A DNA stretch of 64,000 bases from Acidimicrobiia bacterium (lineage in GTDB: Bacteria; Actinomycetota; Acidimicrobiia; Spongiisociales; UBA5794), in assembly GCA_041611095.1 (NCBI GenBank), contig JBFINP010000009.1, positions 1,032 through 65,031 of the forward strand, in the 5' to 3' direction. Shown here piece after piece: positions 37,964 through 46,512 of this stretch. How positions within the stretch are numbered: the stretch's first letter is position 1; each line of letters starts with the position of its first letter. The notes under the pieces are model-generated. The model was not told the DNA's origin, ran no database searches, and worked only from the letters and a program-made list of their open reading frames with translations. Position numbers and translations under genes: made by a program.

Positions 37964-38557
37964 TCACCTCCTGGGTGAGTCGTCGAATACGTCGGGGGGT
38001 GCGGGGTTTGCGGAAGGCACGGGGCGGAGGGATCTCTTGACCACCCCAGGCCCGAAGATGAGGCCGGTGGCGAGTGGGGGGCCGGTGATGATCGCCGACT
38101 CCGGGGAGACGAGGATCGGAACCGCCAGCAGGACGGCGGGCAGGATGAGGAAGATCCTGATGTGCTGTCCGGTCGTGTGCGGCGGCCGCCCGGTGAGGTG
38201 ACGCAGGCCGTAGATGAGCAACGCCTGGCCGAGGACCGGTAGTGCGAGGAAGCCGCCGGCGCAGGCACCGATGATCGCCCCGATGAAGAACCCGGCCGGC
38301 CCCGCGAAGAGACCCAGGAGGGCCCCCACCACGGTTCCCGCCTTGATTCCGAGGAGCAGCCATCCGACGATCATCCGATCCCAGAGGACCTCACGGTCCG
38401 TGGGCTTGACGGTGCGGGCGGCGTGGGGAGGAGCTGGTGGCTGCGGCGACGGGTCGTCGGTCGCCAGGGATCGGCGAGCGAGGCGATCACTGAAATCGTC
38501 CCAATCGGCGAAGGGACTGTCACTGTCTACGGGTTTGAGCGTTCGCTTTGAGCGCAT
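37964..38557 (-). CDS. integral membrane protein with Gly-rich TM segments, unknown family
   Basis: 197-aa ORF with an acidic/Pro-rich N-terminus, then GWLLLGIKAGTVVGALLGLFAGPAGFFIGAIIGACAGGFLALPVLG. Its start codon is embedded in the TTTGAGC repeat array. Confidence 0.6.
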   Translation of the reverse strand: MRSKRTLKPVDSDSPFADWDDFSDRLARRSLATDDPSPQPPAPPHAARTVKPTDREVLWDRMIVGWLLLGIKAGTVVGALLGLFAGPAGFFIGAIIGACAGGFLALPVLGQALLIYGLRHLTGRPPHTTGQHIRIFLILPAVLLAVPILVSPESAIITGPPLATGLIFGPGVVKRSLRPVPSANPAPPDVFDDSPRR

Positions 38558-38577
38558 GCTTTGAGCATATGCTCAAA
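38534..38577. promoter_or_regulatory. Operator-like array: TTTGAGC x3 at 13-nt spacing, the last forming the 18-nt perfect palindrome TTTGAGCATATGCTCAAA
   Basis: Read directly from the sequence. The direct copies are at 38534, 38547 and 38560, with the inverted copy at 38571..38577. The array spans the ATG (38557) of the 37964..38557 gene. It is AT-rich relative to its surroundings. Confidence 0.55.
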
Positions 38578-38671
38578 CAGTGATCGCGTCAAGGGGTGCG
38601 GGATTCGGAAGGGGCGGGCCTCCGGGATGGCAGGAGGCCCGCCCCATGGTGTGGCAGCGGTGCGTGGCGGA

Positions 38672-39295
38672 TCAGGCGGCGGGCAGCTCGCGGATGCGAT
38701 CGGCCTGGAACTTCAGCACGGTGATGATCGTGCCCAGCCCGAACGTGATCGCCAGCAGGTAGAGGCCGACGCCCATGCGGCGCACTCCTTCGAGCCAGAT
38801 GCCGGCCTGCTCGGCGGCGACGAAGTTGCTCCCGGAGTCGAGACCGGCAGCGATCACGAAGTGGATGATCACTGGGATCAGGATGGCCATCATTCCCATC
38901 ATCATCCCGGCCATGAACACCTTGGCCGTCACCGGCATCTCCAGAGTCTCCACGCTGCGACCCGCCGCCTCCTGTACCTCGCCGCCACCCTTGCGGAAGG
39001 CGCCGAGGATCCGGGCGATGGCGAACGACACCGCAGCGAAGACCGCCATGAAGCCCAGGAACATGAACCCAGGTACCAGGTGGTTCAGGCGGGCGATCGT
39101 CACCTCGGACGAACCGCCGGCGACCGCGTCGGCGCGGACGATGGCGAGGATGAACCCGATGGCGAAGCTCATGAGCGCCATCACCCACATCGGTGCCCAC
39201 AGTGCCCGGCCCATCTTCTGCGGGAAGTTGTAGCCCGGTGAGTGGTCGCTGACCTTCACCTGCGGCTTGGCGAGGGTGGTTGTCATCGTCATCAT
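38672..39295 (-). CDS. 4-TM membrane protein, paralogue of the upstream gene (unrecognised family)
   Basis: 207-aa ORF. It shares the blocks LWAPMW, RKGGGEVQEAAG..TLEMPVTAKVF and KFQADRIREL with the 319-aa neighbour. It also has a Met-rich helix, FMAGMMMGMMAI. Confidence 0.7.
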   Translation of the reverse strand: MMTMTTTLAKPQVKVSDHSPGYNFPQKMGRALWAPMWVMALMSFAIGFILAIVRADAVAGGSSEVTIARLNHLVPGFMFLGFMAVFAAVSFAIARILGAFRKGGGEVQEAAGRSVETLEMPVTAKVFMAGMMMGMMAILIPVIIHFVIAAGLDSGSNFVAAEQAGIWLEGVRRMGVGLYLLAITFGLGTIITVLKFQADRIRELPAA

Positions 39296-39298
39296 CTC

Positions 39299-40258
39299 CT
39301 ATCGGCCCGTCGCGATGATCTGGCGGATGCGGTCGAACTGGAAACCGAGCACGTTGCCGATGGTCACGAGGGCCATGACGATGCCGGCGAGAATGAGACC
39401 GATGCCCAGCTCACGGAAGGGACCCAGCCACGCCTGCCAGGCGGCGAACGACTGCGGCGTGTCGGCTCCACTGGCCACCAGGTACAGGATGAACTGGGCG
39501 ACCGCCACCATCAGCCCGAGCATCAGCAGCCCGACGAATGCCTTGGCCGTTGCGGGCATCTTCAGCGTGGCGACCGTCAGCCCCAACGCTTCTTGCACTT
39601 GGCCGCCGCCTTCACGCAACGACGCGAGGATCGAGCCCAGCAGGAATGCGATGCCGGACAGCAGCATGCCCTCGCCGAGGAACTGGAGACCTTGGGTCCA
39701 GGCGCCGAGCGCGGCGATTGTCCGTGGCGAACCTTCGGCGACGGTCGCGGCCCAAATGATCGAGAGGACGGCGCCGGCGACGACGAGCATGGCGCCCATC
39801 GCCAGCATCGGCGCCCACATCGTGCGTGCCATCTCGTGGACCGGTAGCGGTCCCGGTGCCACCCGGCTGGTGATCGCCCGTCCGAAGGGCGTGTCCACGT
39901 CCCCGCCGATCGCCGGTGTCGAGTCGTCCCCCGCGGCCTTGAGCAGCGGAAGTGTCTCCTTCACCGCCTGCACCCGCAGCCACAAGCGAACGAGTATCCC
40001 GATGAGGATCACCCCGATCGCAAACTTCACCGTCCCGAAGCCGAGCGTCGTGATCCCGAAGGACCATGCAAGCGTCTCGGCGGCGGCGGTCGGGTCGCTG
40101 TCGAGCAGATTGCCGGCGACGATGTTGGCGATGAGGGTCACCACCACGAGCATCACGCCGACGATCGCCAGGCCATAGCCCCAGCCCCGATGCCGGGTCG
40201 TGTACCCGGTCCCCGCACCCGCAGGCGGGCGGGTCAACCGTTCTGTTCGGGCCACCAT
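39299..40258 (-). CDS. 6-TM membrane protein built from three 2-TM hairpin repeats (unrecognised family)
   Basis: 319-aa ORF with the blocks MWAPML, REGGGQVQEALG..TLKMPATAKAF and GFQFDRIRQI. There is a 3-nt gap to the paralogue downstream. Confidence 0.7.
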   Translation of the reverse strand: MVARTERLTRPPAGAGTGYTTRHRGWGYGLAIVGVMLVVVTLIANIVAGNLLDSDPTAAAETLAWSFGITTLGFGTVKFAIGVILIGILVRLWLRVQAVKETLPLLKAAGDDSTPAIGGDVDTPFGRAITSRVAPGPLPVHEMARTMWAPMLAMGAMLVVAGAVLSIIWAATVAEGSPRTIAALGAWTQGLQFLGEGMLLSGIAFLLGSILASLREGGGQVQEALGLTVATLKMPATAKAFVGLLMLGLMVAVAQFILYLVASGADTPQSFAAWQAWLGPFRELGIGLILAGIVMALVTIGNVLGFQFDRIRQIIATGR

Positions 40259-40527
40259 CTGGTTCTCCTCTCTCGATGGCGTCTATGCGGGGAACGCCAG
40301 GTCGTGTTCCCGACCAAGGGGAACTGTCAGCGCGGTGACAAAGGCCAACCGTCGGCATGACGCTATTCGGTGAGGAGAGACCCCGCAGCCGGGCTCACCC
40401 TGGACGGCTTCAGTCCGTGACGCCACCCCTCCCCACCGGACCGGTGCCGCTCGATCAGTCGTCGGGCCGGTGGCGTCACGGTCTACGCTGCGGGAATGGA
40501 CCGCTCACCGTCACCGTTGCTGTCAGC

Positions 40528-40935
40528 GTGAAGGACATCGCACATCTGCTCATGGACGACGACACGACCGTCGCCGTGGTCGGAGCCACCGACAACCCGG
40601 CGAAGTACGGCTCGGTGATCTACCAGGATCTCAAGGAGAAGGGGTTCACGGTCTATCCGGTGAATCCCCATCGGGCCACCGTCGACGGCGACCGGGCCTA
40701 TCCAACCTTGGCCGATCTCCCCGAGCCGCCCACGATCGTCAACTTCGTCGTGCCGCCGCACGAGACGCTGCGGGTGCTGGAACAGGCCAAGGAGCTGGGC
40801 GTCACGAACGCCTGGGTACAGCCCGGCGCCGGCGACGCCCACGTCGTTGACTATCTCGAGGAGAACGGGTTCACCTACCTAGCCAACGCCTGCATCATGG
40901 TGCGCTCCCGGCACCGATCCGCTGCTGCCTCCTGA
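40528..40935 (+). CDS. CoA-binding domain protein (YccU/YneT-like)
   Basis: ORF 40357..40935, start trimmed to GTG 40528. TVAVVGATDNPAKYGSVIYQDLKEKGFTVYPVNP is the typical CoA-binding Rossmann-like N-terminus. An alternative ATG is at 40552. Confidence 0.75.
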   Translation: MKDIAHLLMDDDTTVAVVGATDNPAKYGSVIYQDLKEKGFTVYPVNPHRATVDGDRAYPTLADLPEPPTIVNFVVPPHETLRVLEQAKELGVTNAWVQPGAGDAHVVDYLEENGFTYLANACIMVRSRHRSAAAS

Positions 40936-40945
40936 GTCAAAACCG

Positions 40946-41695
40946 GTGAGCCGCTCTCTACCACTCGCTCTTCGTCTCTGGGGTGGGGGTCCTCGCTCCG
41001 CATTGCTCGTCCACGGTCTGTCGTCGAGCAGCGAGGGTTGGTGGCGGCTCGGACCTGATCTCGCCGCCTCGGGCTGGTCGGTGACCGCCCCGGACCTGCG
41101 TGGCCACGGCGCCAGCGGCGATGGCGACGACTTCTCCCTCTCCGGATACGTGGCCGACGTCCTCGCCCTCGGGTCGGGCTGGGACCTCGTCCTGGGTCAT
41201 TCCTTGGGTGGGCTCGTCGCGCTGGCATGCCAGCGTCGTGACCCGTCATTTGCGAAGCGTCTCGTCCTCGAGGACCCGTGGCTCGACATCAACGCCGGCG
41301 ACGAGGTGCTCGAGTGGCTGGGCGAGGAGTACAACGGGCCCATCACCGCCGAGCGCATCGCGACAACTCGCCCCCGCTGGCATCCCGAGGACGTTTCATG
41401 CAAGGTGCGCGCCCTCGAAGCGGCAGGCGAGGACGTCATGCGTGCGACGTGCCTCGCACTCGACGGAGTCGACCTGCGTACCGACCTGCTCGCGCTGCGG
41501 GTGCCGACCCTCCTGATGGGCGCCGATCCCGAACTCGACGCACTGATGAGTCCCGAGGAGGGGAAAGCGGCCGAGGCGAATCCCGAGGTGACGTACGTGA
41601 TGGTCGCCGGCTCGTCGCACTCCATCCACCGTGACTCGTACGAGGCGTTCTGGATGGCGCTGGCCGCCTTTGCCGGGGTGACGCTGCCAGACTGA
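40946..41695 (+). CDS. alpha/beta hydrolase
   Basis: HG oxyanion motif (LLVHGLSSS), nucleophile elbow GHSLGG and a C-terminal SSHSIH (catalytic His context). Confidence 0.8.
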   Translation: MSRSLPLALRLWGGGPRSALLVHGLSSSSEGWWRLGPDLAASGWSVTAPDLRGHGASGDGDDFSLSGYVADVLALGSGWDLVLGHSLGGLVALACQRRDPSFAKRLVLEDPWLDINAGDEVLEWLGEEYNGPITAERIATTRPRWHPEDVSCKVRALEAAGEDVMRATCLALDGVDLRTDLLALRVPTLLMGADPELDALMSPEEGKAAEANPEVTYVMVAGSSHSIHRDSYEAFWMALAAFAGVTLPD

Positions 41696-41699
41696 GCCG

Positions 41700-42014
41700 A
41701 TGGACATCTCCTGCCCGAGCTGTGGCGAGCGTGAGGAGCTGCGGGGCGACCGCTCCGGCGACGTCATCACGCTGCACTGCCTTGCGTGCGGTCATCAGTG
41801 GCCACGCGATCTGGCGCCGAAGTGCTCGGAATGCGGAGGCGACGACCTCCAGCCGGTTCCGCTGGCCATCGTCGAGAAGGGCAGGGGCACCCAGCTGTCC
41901 GTCGTCGGAACCAGGACGATTCACCTCTGTTACGAATGTGATGCGGAGACCATCGCCCACTGGCATCGGAACCGACCGAATCCGTTGATGCCAAACGAGC
42001 TGCCGACGATGTGA
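41700..42014 (+). CDS. double zinc-ribbon small protein
   Basis: Four CxxC pairs (CPSC, CLAC, CSEC, CYEC) in 104 aa. The start is 4 nt after the hydrolase stop. Confidence 0.6.
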   Translation: MDISCPSCGEREELRGDRSGDVITLHCLACGHQWPRDLAPKCSECGGDDLQPVPLAIVEKGRGTQLSVVGTRTIHLCYECDAETIAHWHRNRPNPLMPNELPTM

Positions 42015-42017
42015 CCC

Positions 42018-43502
42018 TCAGGCGTCCCGGCTGATGAGCTGATCGACCGGGGCGAAGTCGTCGACGAGGGGACGGGCACCGTCGATCCAGTCGACCAGCT
42101 CCTCGCCAACGAGCACCAGTTCCTCGGCGCCGCGTCCCCGCATCCGGTCGAGCAGCGGTGCAAGGTCGAAGGGGCGGTCCGAGGCGGCGACGACGTAGTT
42201 GCCGCCCTGCTCGCCGTACAGGTACTCCTCGGGTGCGATCACCATGACGTGGTCGAACACCTCGCCGAGCGTCGCCGCCTCGGCGCGGGCGAAGCCCGCC
42301 GGTGCGTAGTCGATGAGGTTCATCACGTATAACCCGTCGGCCGTCATGTGGTCCTCGAGCTTGCGGTAGAACTCCTCGGTCGTCAGGTGCCACGGCACCG
42401 ACTCGCCGCCGAAGGCGTCGCCGACGGCCAGCTCGAAGGTGTCGAGGGGCGTCGAGTCGAGGGTGAGCCGGGCGTCGCCAACCTCGATGACGTCGATCTC
42501 GTCGGGGTCGAGACCGAGGTCGCGTTCGGCTATGGCGAGCAGCTCCGCATCGAGCTCGAGCACGGTGTTCGTGCTGCCCGGCCGCACCGCCGACAACCAG
42601 CGGGGGAGCGTGAAGCCTCCGCCGCCGATGTACACGGCGTCGAGGGGACCCTCCGGGGCCTGGGTCAGGACCGCATCGGCGAGCAAACCGGCGTAGCGGA
42701 ACTCGAGATAGGTCGGGTCCTCGAGATCGACGTAGGAGTGGCGCAGCGTGTCCAGCCACAACACCCGTCCCGTCGGCCGGAAGTCGTCGACCGTCACTCT
42801 GGCGCAGAAGTAGGCGGTCTCGATGTCGCAGGGACCGGTGACGACGAGATTGAGCCCGCCGGCGACGAGCGTCCCGGCGACGACGGCGGCGATCCCCACG
42901 GTCGGTGGTCGCATCGCCCGGTAGGCGAGCGCGATGCCGGCGACGACCAGCAACGTGCCCACGGTCAGCACGATCGGCCGTGACGGGAGCGTGGCCAAGA
43001 GGACGAATCCGGTGAAGAAGGTGCCGAAGATGGCTCCGGCGGTGCCGATGGCCGAGTAGCGGCCCACGACGGAGCCCGTCTCGGTGAGGTCGTGGAGCAT
43101 GATCTTGACGACCACGGGCGTGACGGCGCTGAGCACGAGAGCGGGCAGGAAGAAGCCGAGGGCAGTCAGCACGACGATGCCGATCGCGTCGGCGGAACGC
43201 AGCGACGGTCCGGCGACGGTGATGATCGCGGGTGCGAGCAGGGTGAGGATGCCTCCGGCGATCAGCAGAGGGCCGAGCAGCTTGTGGGGCTCGTAGCGGT
43301 CGGCGGCCCGCCCTCCGAGCCAGCTGCCGATCGAGATGCCGGCGAGGACGGTTCCGATGATCCCGGTGAACGTCTCGAGAGTGACGCCGACGTAGGGTGC
43401 CAGCAGCCTGCCGGCGAGGATCTCTAGGACGAGCACCGCTGCCGAGGTGAAGAAGACGAGGGTGCGGGCGGCGACGGGGGACATGGCGGCGCAGTATGAC
43501 AC
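42018..43502 (-). CDS. Fused membrane domain / spermidine synthase-like aminopropyltransferase
   Basis: The N-terminus has about 7 TM segments. The C-terminal domain resembles spermidine synthase (VYIGGGGFTLPRW, VGDAF). An alternative start is at MSPVAART, 18 nt downstream. Confidence 0.75.
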   Translation of the reverse strand: MSYCAAMSPVAARTLVFFTSAAVLVLEILAGRLLAPYVGVTLETFTGIIGTVLAGISIGSWLGGRAADRYEPHKLLGPLLIAGGILTLLAPAIITVAGPSLRSADAIGIVVLTALGFFLPALVLSAVTPVVVKIMLHDLTETGSVVGRYSAIGTAGAIFGTFFTGFVLLATLPSRPIVLTVGTLLVVAGIALAYRAMRPPTVGIAAVVAGTLVAGGLNLVVTGPCDIETAYFCARVTVDDFRPTGRVLWLDTLRHSYVDLEDPTYLEFRYAGLLADAVLTQAPEGPLDAVYIGGGGFTLPRWLSAVRPGSTNTVLELDAELLAIAERDLGLDPDEIDVIEVGDARLTLDSTPLDTFELAVGDAFGGESVPWHLTTEEFYRKLEDHMTADGLYVMNLIDYAPAGFARAEAATLGEVFDHVMVIAPEEYLYGEQGGNYVVAASDRPFDLAPLLDRMRGRGAEELVLVGEELVDWIDGARPLVDDFAPVDQLISRDA

Positions 43503-43659
43503 GGGTCTCGCACGTAGCCAGGCTCGACGCTTCTCACCGTGTCTGAATGCCCCCGTAGACGCCTTCCGACCTCGCGCGTAGGCTCGGCTCTGTGTCGCTC
43601 ACCGGGCACCTGCCCGGCTTGTGGGAGGGGGCGAGGAGGACCTCGGGAAAGGGGAGCCC

Positions 43660-44433
43660 ATGTCGTTGAGAAGAAGAGCCCTGGTCTCCGTTGCGGCGCT
43701 GACCTTGTTGCTGTGGGCGTTGCCGCTGCACGTCGCAGGCGCGCAAGATGAGGAACCTGATCCTTGCGCGGATCCGCACGGGTATGTGGAATTCCTCGCC
43801 GGCATGGGGATCGACGCCAATCTCGTGCTCGGCACCGCAGGTGATGACGACCTCGTCGGGACCGAGGGCGTCGACCTGATGGTCGGTCTCGAGGGCAACG
43901 ACAGGATGCGCGGTTTCGATGGCGACGATTGGATCGCCGGCTGTCTCGGAGATGACGTGATCAATGCCGGAGCGGGAGACGACAACGTCACCGGAGACGA
44001 CCTGACCTTCTTCGGCAACGTCGACGCTCCGGGAGGGAACGACAGCATCACGGGTGGTCCGGGGAACGACGGCCTACTCGGGGGCCCCGGCAACGACGTC
44101 CTGCGGGGTGAGGACGGCGACGACTTCCTCGCCCTGGCGGTCGGGGATGACACGGGCATAGGTGGCCCCGGTGCGGACACCATCATCGGCGGTTTCGGCG
44201 AGGACTTCTTGCGGGGTGACTCCGGGGACGACTTCCTTGCGGGCGGTCCCGGGTCGGACACAATCTTGGGCGGCGGCGGCGACGACTTCCTCGCCGGCGA
44301 CACGCCTCCACCGCCACCCGACGTAGAGCCACCTCCGGTGCCGGCCGACGGTACCGACCGCTGCGATGGCAATGCAGGGTTCGACACGGCCACGGCGTGT
44401 GAGCGGATGAGGAGCATCGAGAACCCGATCTGA
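43660..44433 (+). CDS. Secreted calcium-binding RTX-type repeat protein
   Basis: ORF 43621..44433, start trimmed to ATG 43660. Signal peptide MSLRRRALVSVAALTLLLWALPLHVAGA. There are about 10 GGxGxD-type nonapeptide repeats (GGPGNDGLLGGPGNDVLRGEDGDD...) and a Pro-rich C-terminus. Confidence 0.8.
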   Translation: MSLRRRALVSVAALTLLLWALPLHVAGAQDEEPDPCADPHGYVEFLAGMGIDANLVLGTAGDDDLVGTEGVDLMVGLEGNDRMRGFDGDDWIAGCLGDDVINAGAGDDNVTGDDLTFFGNVDAPGGNDSITGGPGNDGLLGGPGNDVLRGEDGDDFLALAVGDDTGIGGPGADTIIGGFGEDFLRGDSGDDFLAGGPGSDTILGGGGDDFLAGDTPPPPPDVEPPPVPADGTDRCDGNAGFDTATACERMRSIENPI

Positions 44434-44719
44434 CGGGTCTTTGTTCCGCACCAGGAGGGGCCGGCGCATCGTCGCCGGCCCCTGTGCGTACGACCTGCAC
44501 CTGAGCGCCTCGTCGTGGGCGAGGCGCCCACTCGTTGGTCACGATCTCGCCTCCTACGCGGTGATTGAGCCTGCGGGCTGGTTCGATCCCGTCGATCTCG
44601 CCCCATGTTCCGAGCTGCGCGGCGTGGCGCCGGTCGGAATCGGGACTCGGGCCCGGCCGGCTGGCACTTGTTCACCGGCGCCGATCGGCGCACGCTGGAA
44701 GCCTGAGAGGTGGCGCATC

Positions 44720-45784
44720 ATGTGGCGGCTCGTTTGGCTGGTTCTCTTTTCCTTGCTCGTGGTGGCTTGCGGCGAGGGCGTGGAGGTCGTCTCGACGGGC
44801 GGGCCGACGACTGCGTCGAGCGAGGCGCCGGCACCGCCCTCGACTCCGGCGTCCCCCGAAGCCACGGCGACCCCCGAAACGACGACGACCGTCAGGCCAT
44901 CGTCGAATGAGGTCGCACCGACGAGCATGGCGACGACCTCCACGACGATCCCGCTGGGACCACCGATGCTCGAGGTGACCTCGCCCGGTGCGAACGAGCA
45001 CGTAGAGATGCGTTATATGCGGTTCGTCGGCGTCACCGATCCGGGCTGCGTGGTCGAGGCGGCGGGGCGGTACCCGGTCTCCGTCGCCGACGACGGCAGG
45101 TTCGAGGCCGTGCTGATCCTGAACCCGGGCGGCAACGTGGCCACATTCACGGCGACGGACCCGTGGGGCGGAAGCTCCGAGCTGCGAGTGCCGGTCTACT
45201 ACGACCCGCCGCTCGAGCTGCGCGTCGACGGGTTGGGTGACGTCGACTTCCAGACTTCGATGGACGAGGCGATGGCGGCGTTCGAGAAGATCCTCGGGCC
45301 GCCCGACGTGGACGACATCGTCGACAGGGCGGGCCTTCCACCGGAGATTCGCGATAGCGAGTGGGCGATCTTCAGCGCCACCGCCTACCCCGGCCACGAC
45401 TACGCCCGCTTCGTCACGTGGGAGGGTGCCGGGCTCATGGTCATGTTCAGCGACTCGGTACCGGCCTCCGACGAGCGCCTCGTCAACTTCAACGGATGGA
45501 CCGCCCACGATCCGGGCGAGTACGGGACGCGTCTCGTCACCGACGTCGCCGTCGGTGTCGGCTCGACGCTGGCCGATCTGGAGGCGGCGTACGGCGACGC
45601 CCTCACGTGGTACGCCGAGCCCGACGAGTTCGCCGGTGGCTACCACTTCTCGATCGAGACCGGCGTCCCCAGCTGGTATGAAGACGAGATGATGCGCTAC
45701 CACGGCATGTTCAGCGGAGATCCGACCAAGCCGGGCACGACCGTGGCGGAGCTTCACGCGGGGTTCGGCTTCGACACCTGCTGA
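44720..45784 (+). CDS. hypothetical lipoprotein
   Basis: ORF 44441..45784, start trimmed to ATG 44720. MWRLVWLVLFSLLVVACGEG (lipobox), a Ser/Thr/Pro-rich linker, then globular domains. Confidence 0.65.
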   Translation: MWRLVWLVLFSLLVVACGEGVEVVSTGGPTTASSEAPAPPSTPASPEATATPETTTTVRPSSNEVAPTSMATTSTTIPLGPPMLEVTSPGANEHVEMRYMRFVGVTDPGCVVEAAGRYPVSVADDGRFEAVLILNPGGNVATFTATDPWGGSSELRVPVYYDPPLELRVDGLGDVDFQTSMDEAMAAFEKILGPPDVDDIVDRAGLPPEIRDSEWAIFSATAYPGHDYARFVTWEGAGLMVMFSDSVPASDERLVNFNGWTAHDPGEYGTRLVTDVAVGVGSTLADLEAAYGDALTWYAEPDEFAGGYHFSIETGVPSWYEDEMMRYHGMFSGDPTKPGTTVAELHAGFGFDTC

Positions 45785-45795
45785 CCGGGGCGCCG

Positions 45796-46431
45796 TCACA
45801 TAGGCATGCCGACGACGAGCGCAGAGAGTGCTGCGATCGCGACGATGGGGACGGCCACTGCGACCCGCTTCCAGACCGCCATCCGGACGCCGGGCGAGCG
45901 GGCGAAGGCGATCGAGAAGCCCCACGCTTCGAGTCCGAGCATCGGGAGATACCAGAGAAGGGCGATCGAGGCGGCGGCGCCACTGAGCCGCCAGTTGTCG
46001 AAGATGGCGTCGTTGACGACGGGGATCTGAGCGAGGGTGCCGGCTGCGAGCAGCGGAGCGACCAGCCACCAGGGCCGGCGCCTACCGATGGCGATGGCCC
46101 AGAGGATCACCGTCGGCCACATCACCGCACCCCCTGCGCCGAGAAGGAGCATGGCCAGGAGCGACAGCCGCCACCACCCCTGACCGCCGGCGCTGCGCCG
46201 GTGCCGGGCAAGCCCGAGCACGCTCCCGGCGATGACCGACGCCACGAGGATGAACACGGTGCCTTCGATGGTGAACTCCGGGTTGATGGTGATGAAACGC
46301 ATCCAGATCCTCATCGAGATGCCCCAGACGAGGCCGAGGCCGGCGCCGATGGCGACGGCGCGGATCCACGTGGACCGGAGTTCCATCCCAGGAGCGATTT
46401 GGGTCGCGTGGAGGTCCTGATAGGTCGTCAT
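45796..46431 (-). CDS. integral membrane protein, unknown function
   Basis: ORF 45796..46491, start trimmed to ATG 46431. There are about 6 hydrophobic segments. Confidence 0.6.
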   Translation of the reverse strand: MTTYQDLHATQIAPGMELRSTWIRAVAIGAGLGLVWGISMRIWMRFITINPEFTIEGTVFILVASVIAGSVLGLARHRRSAGGQGWWRLSLLAMLLLGAGGAVMWPTVILWAIAIGRRRPWWLVAPLLAAGTLAQIPVVNDAIFDNWRLSGAAASIALLWYLPMLGLEAWGFSIAFARSPGVRMAVWKRVAVAVPIVAIAALSALVVGMPM

Positions 46432-46512
46432 GGTGCTTCCTGTTCTCGCTGTCGTTCTGACAGACGATCGAGGGGCGTTCACGGGTGACATGGCTGTCTA
46501 GGGTCACGGCTC

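Noticed and set aside
43599-44693. 364-aa minus-strand ORF rich in Ser/Pro repeats
   Set aside because: It is the antisense reading of the GGxGxD repeat gene. Its repetitiveness simply mirrors the RTX repeats.
44672-46069. 465-aa minus-strand ORF
   Set aside because: It consists of extremely Arg-rich runs (RRRRLDRPS.., RGRCRRLARRSRRPARRDD). It overlaps the lipoprotein gene on the + strand and a genuine membrane gene in another frame.
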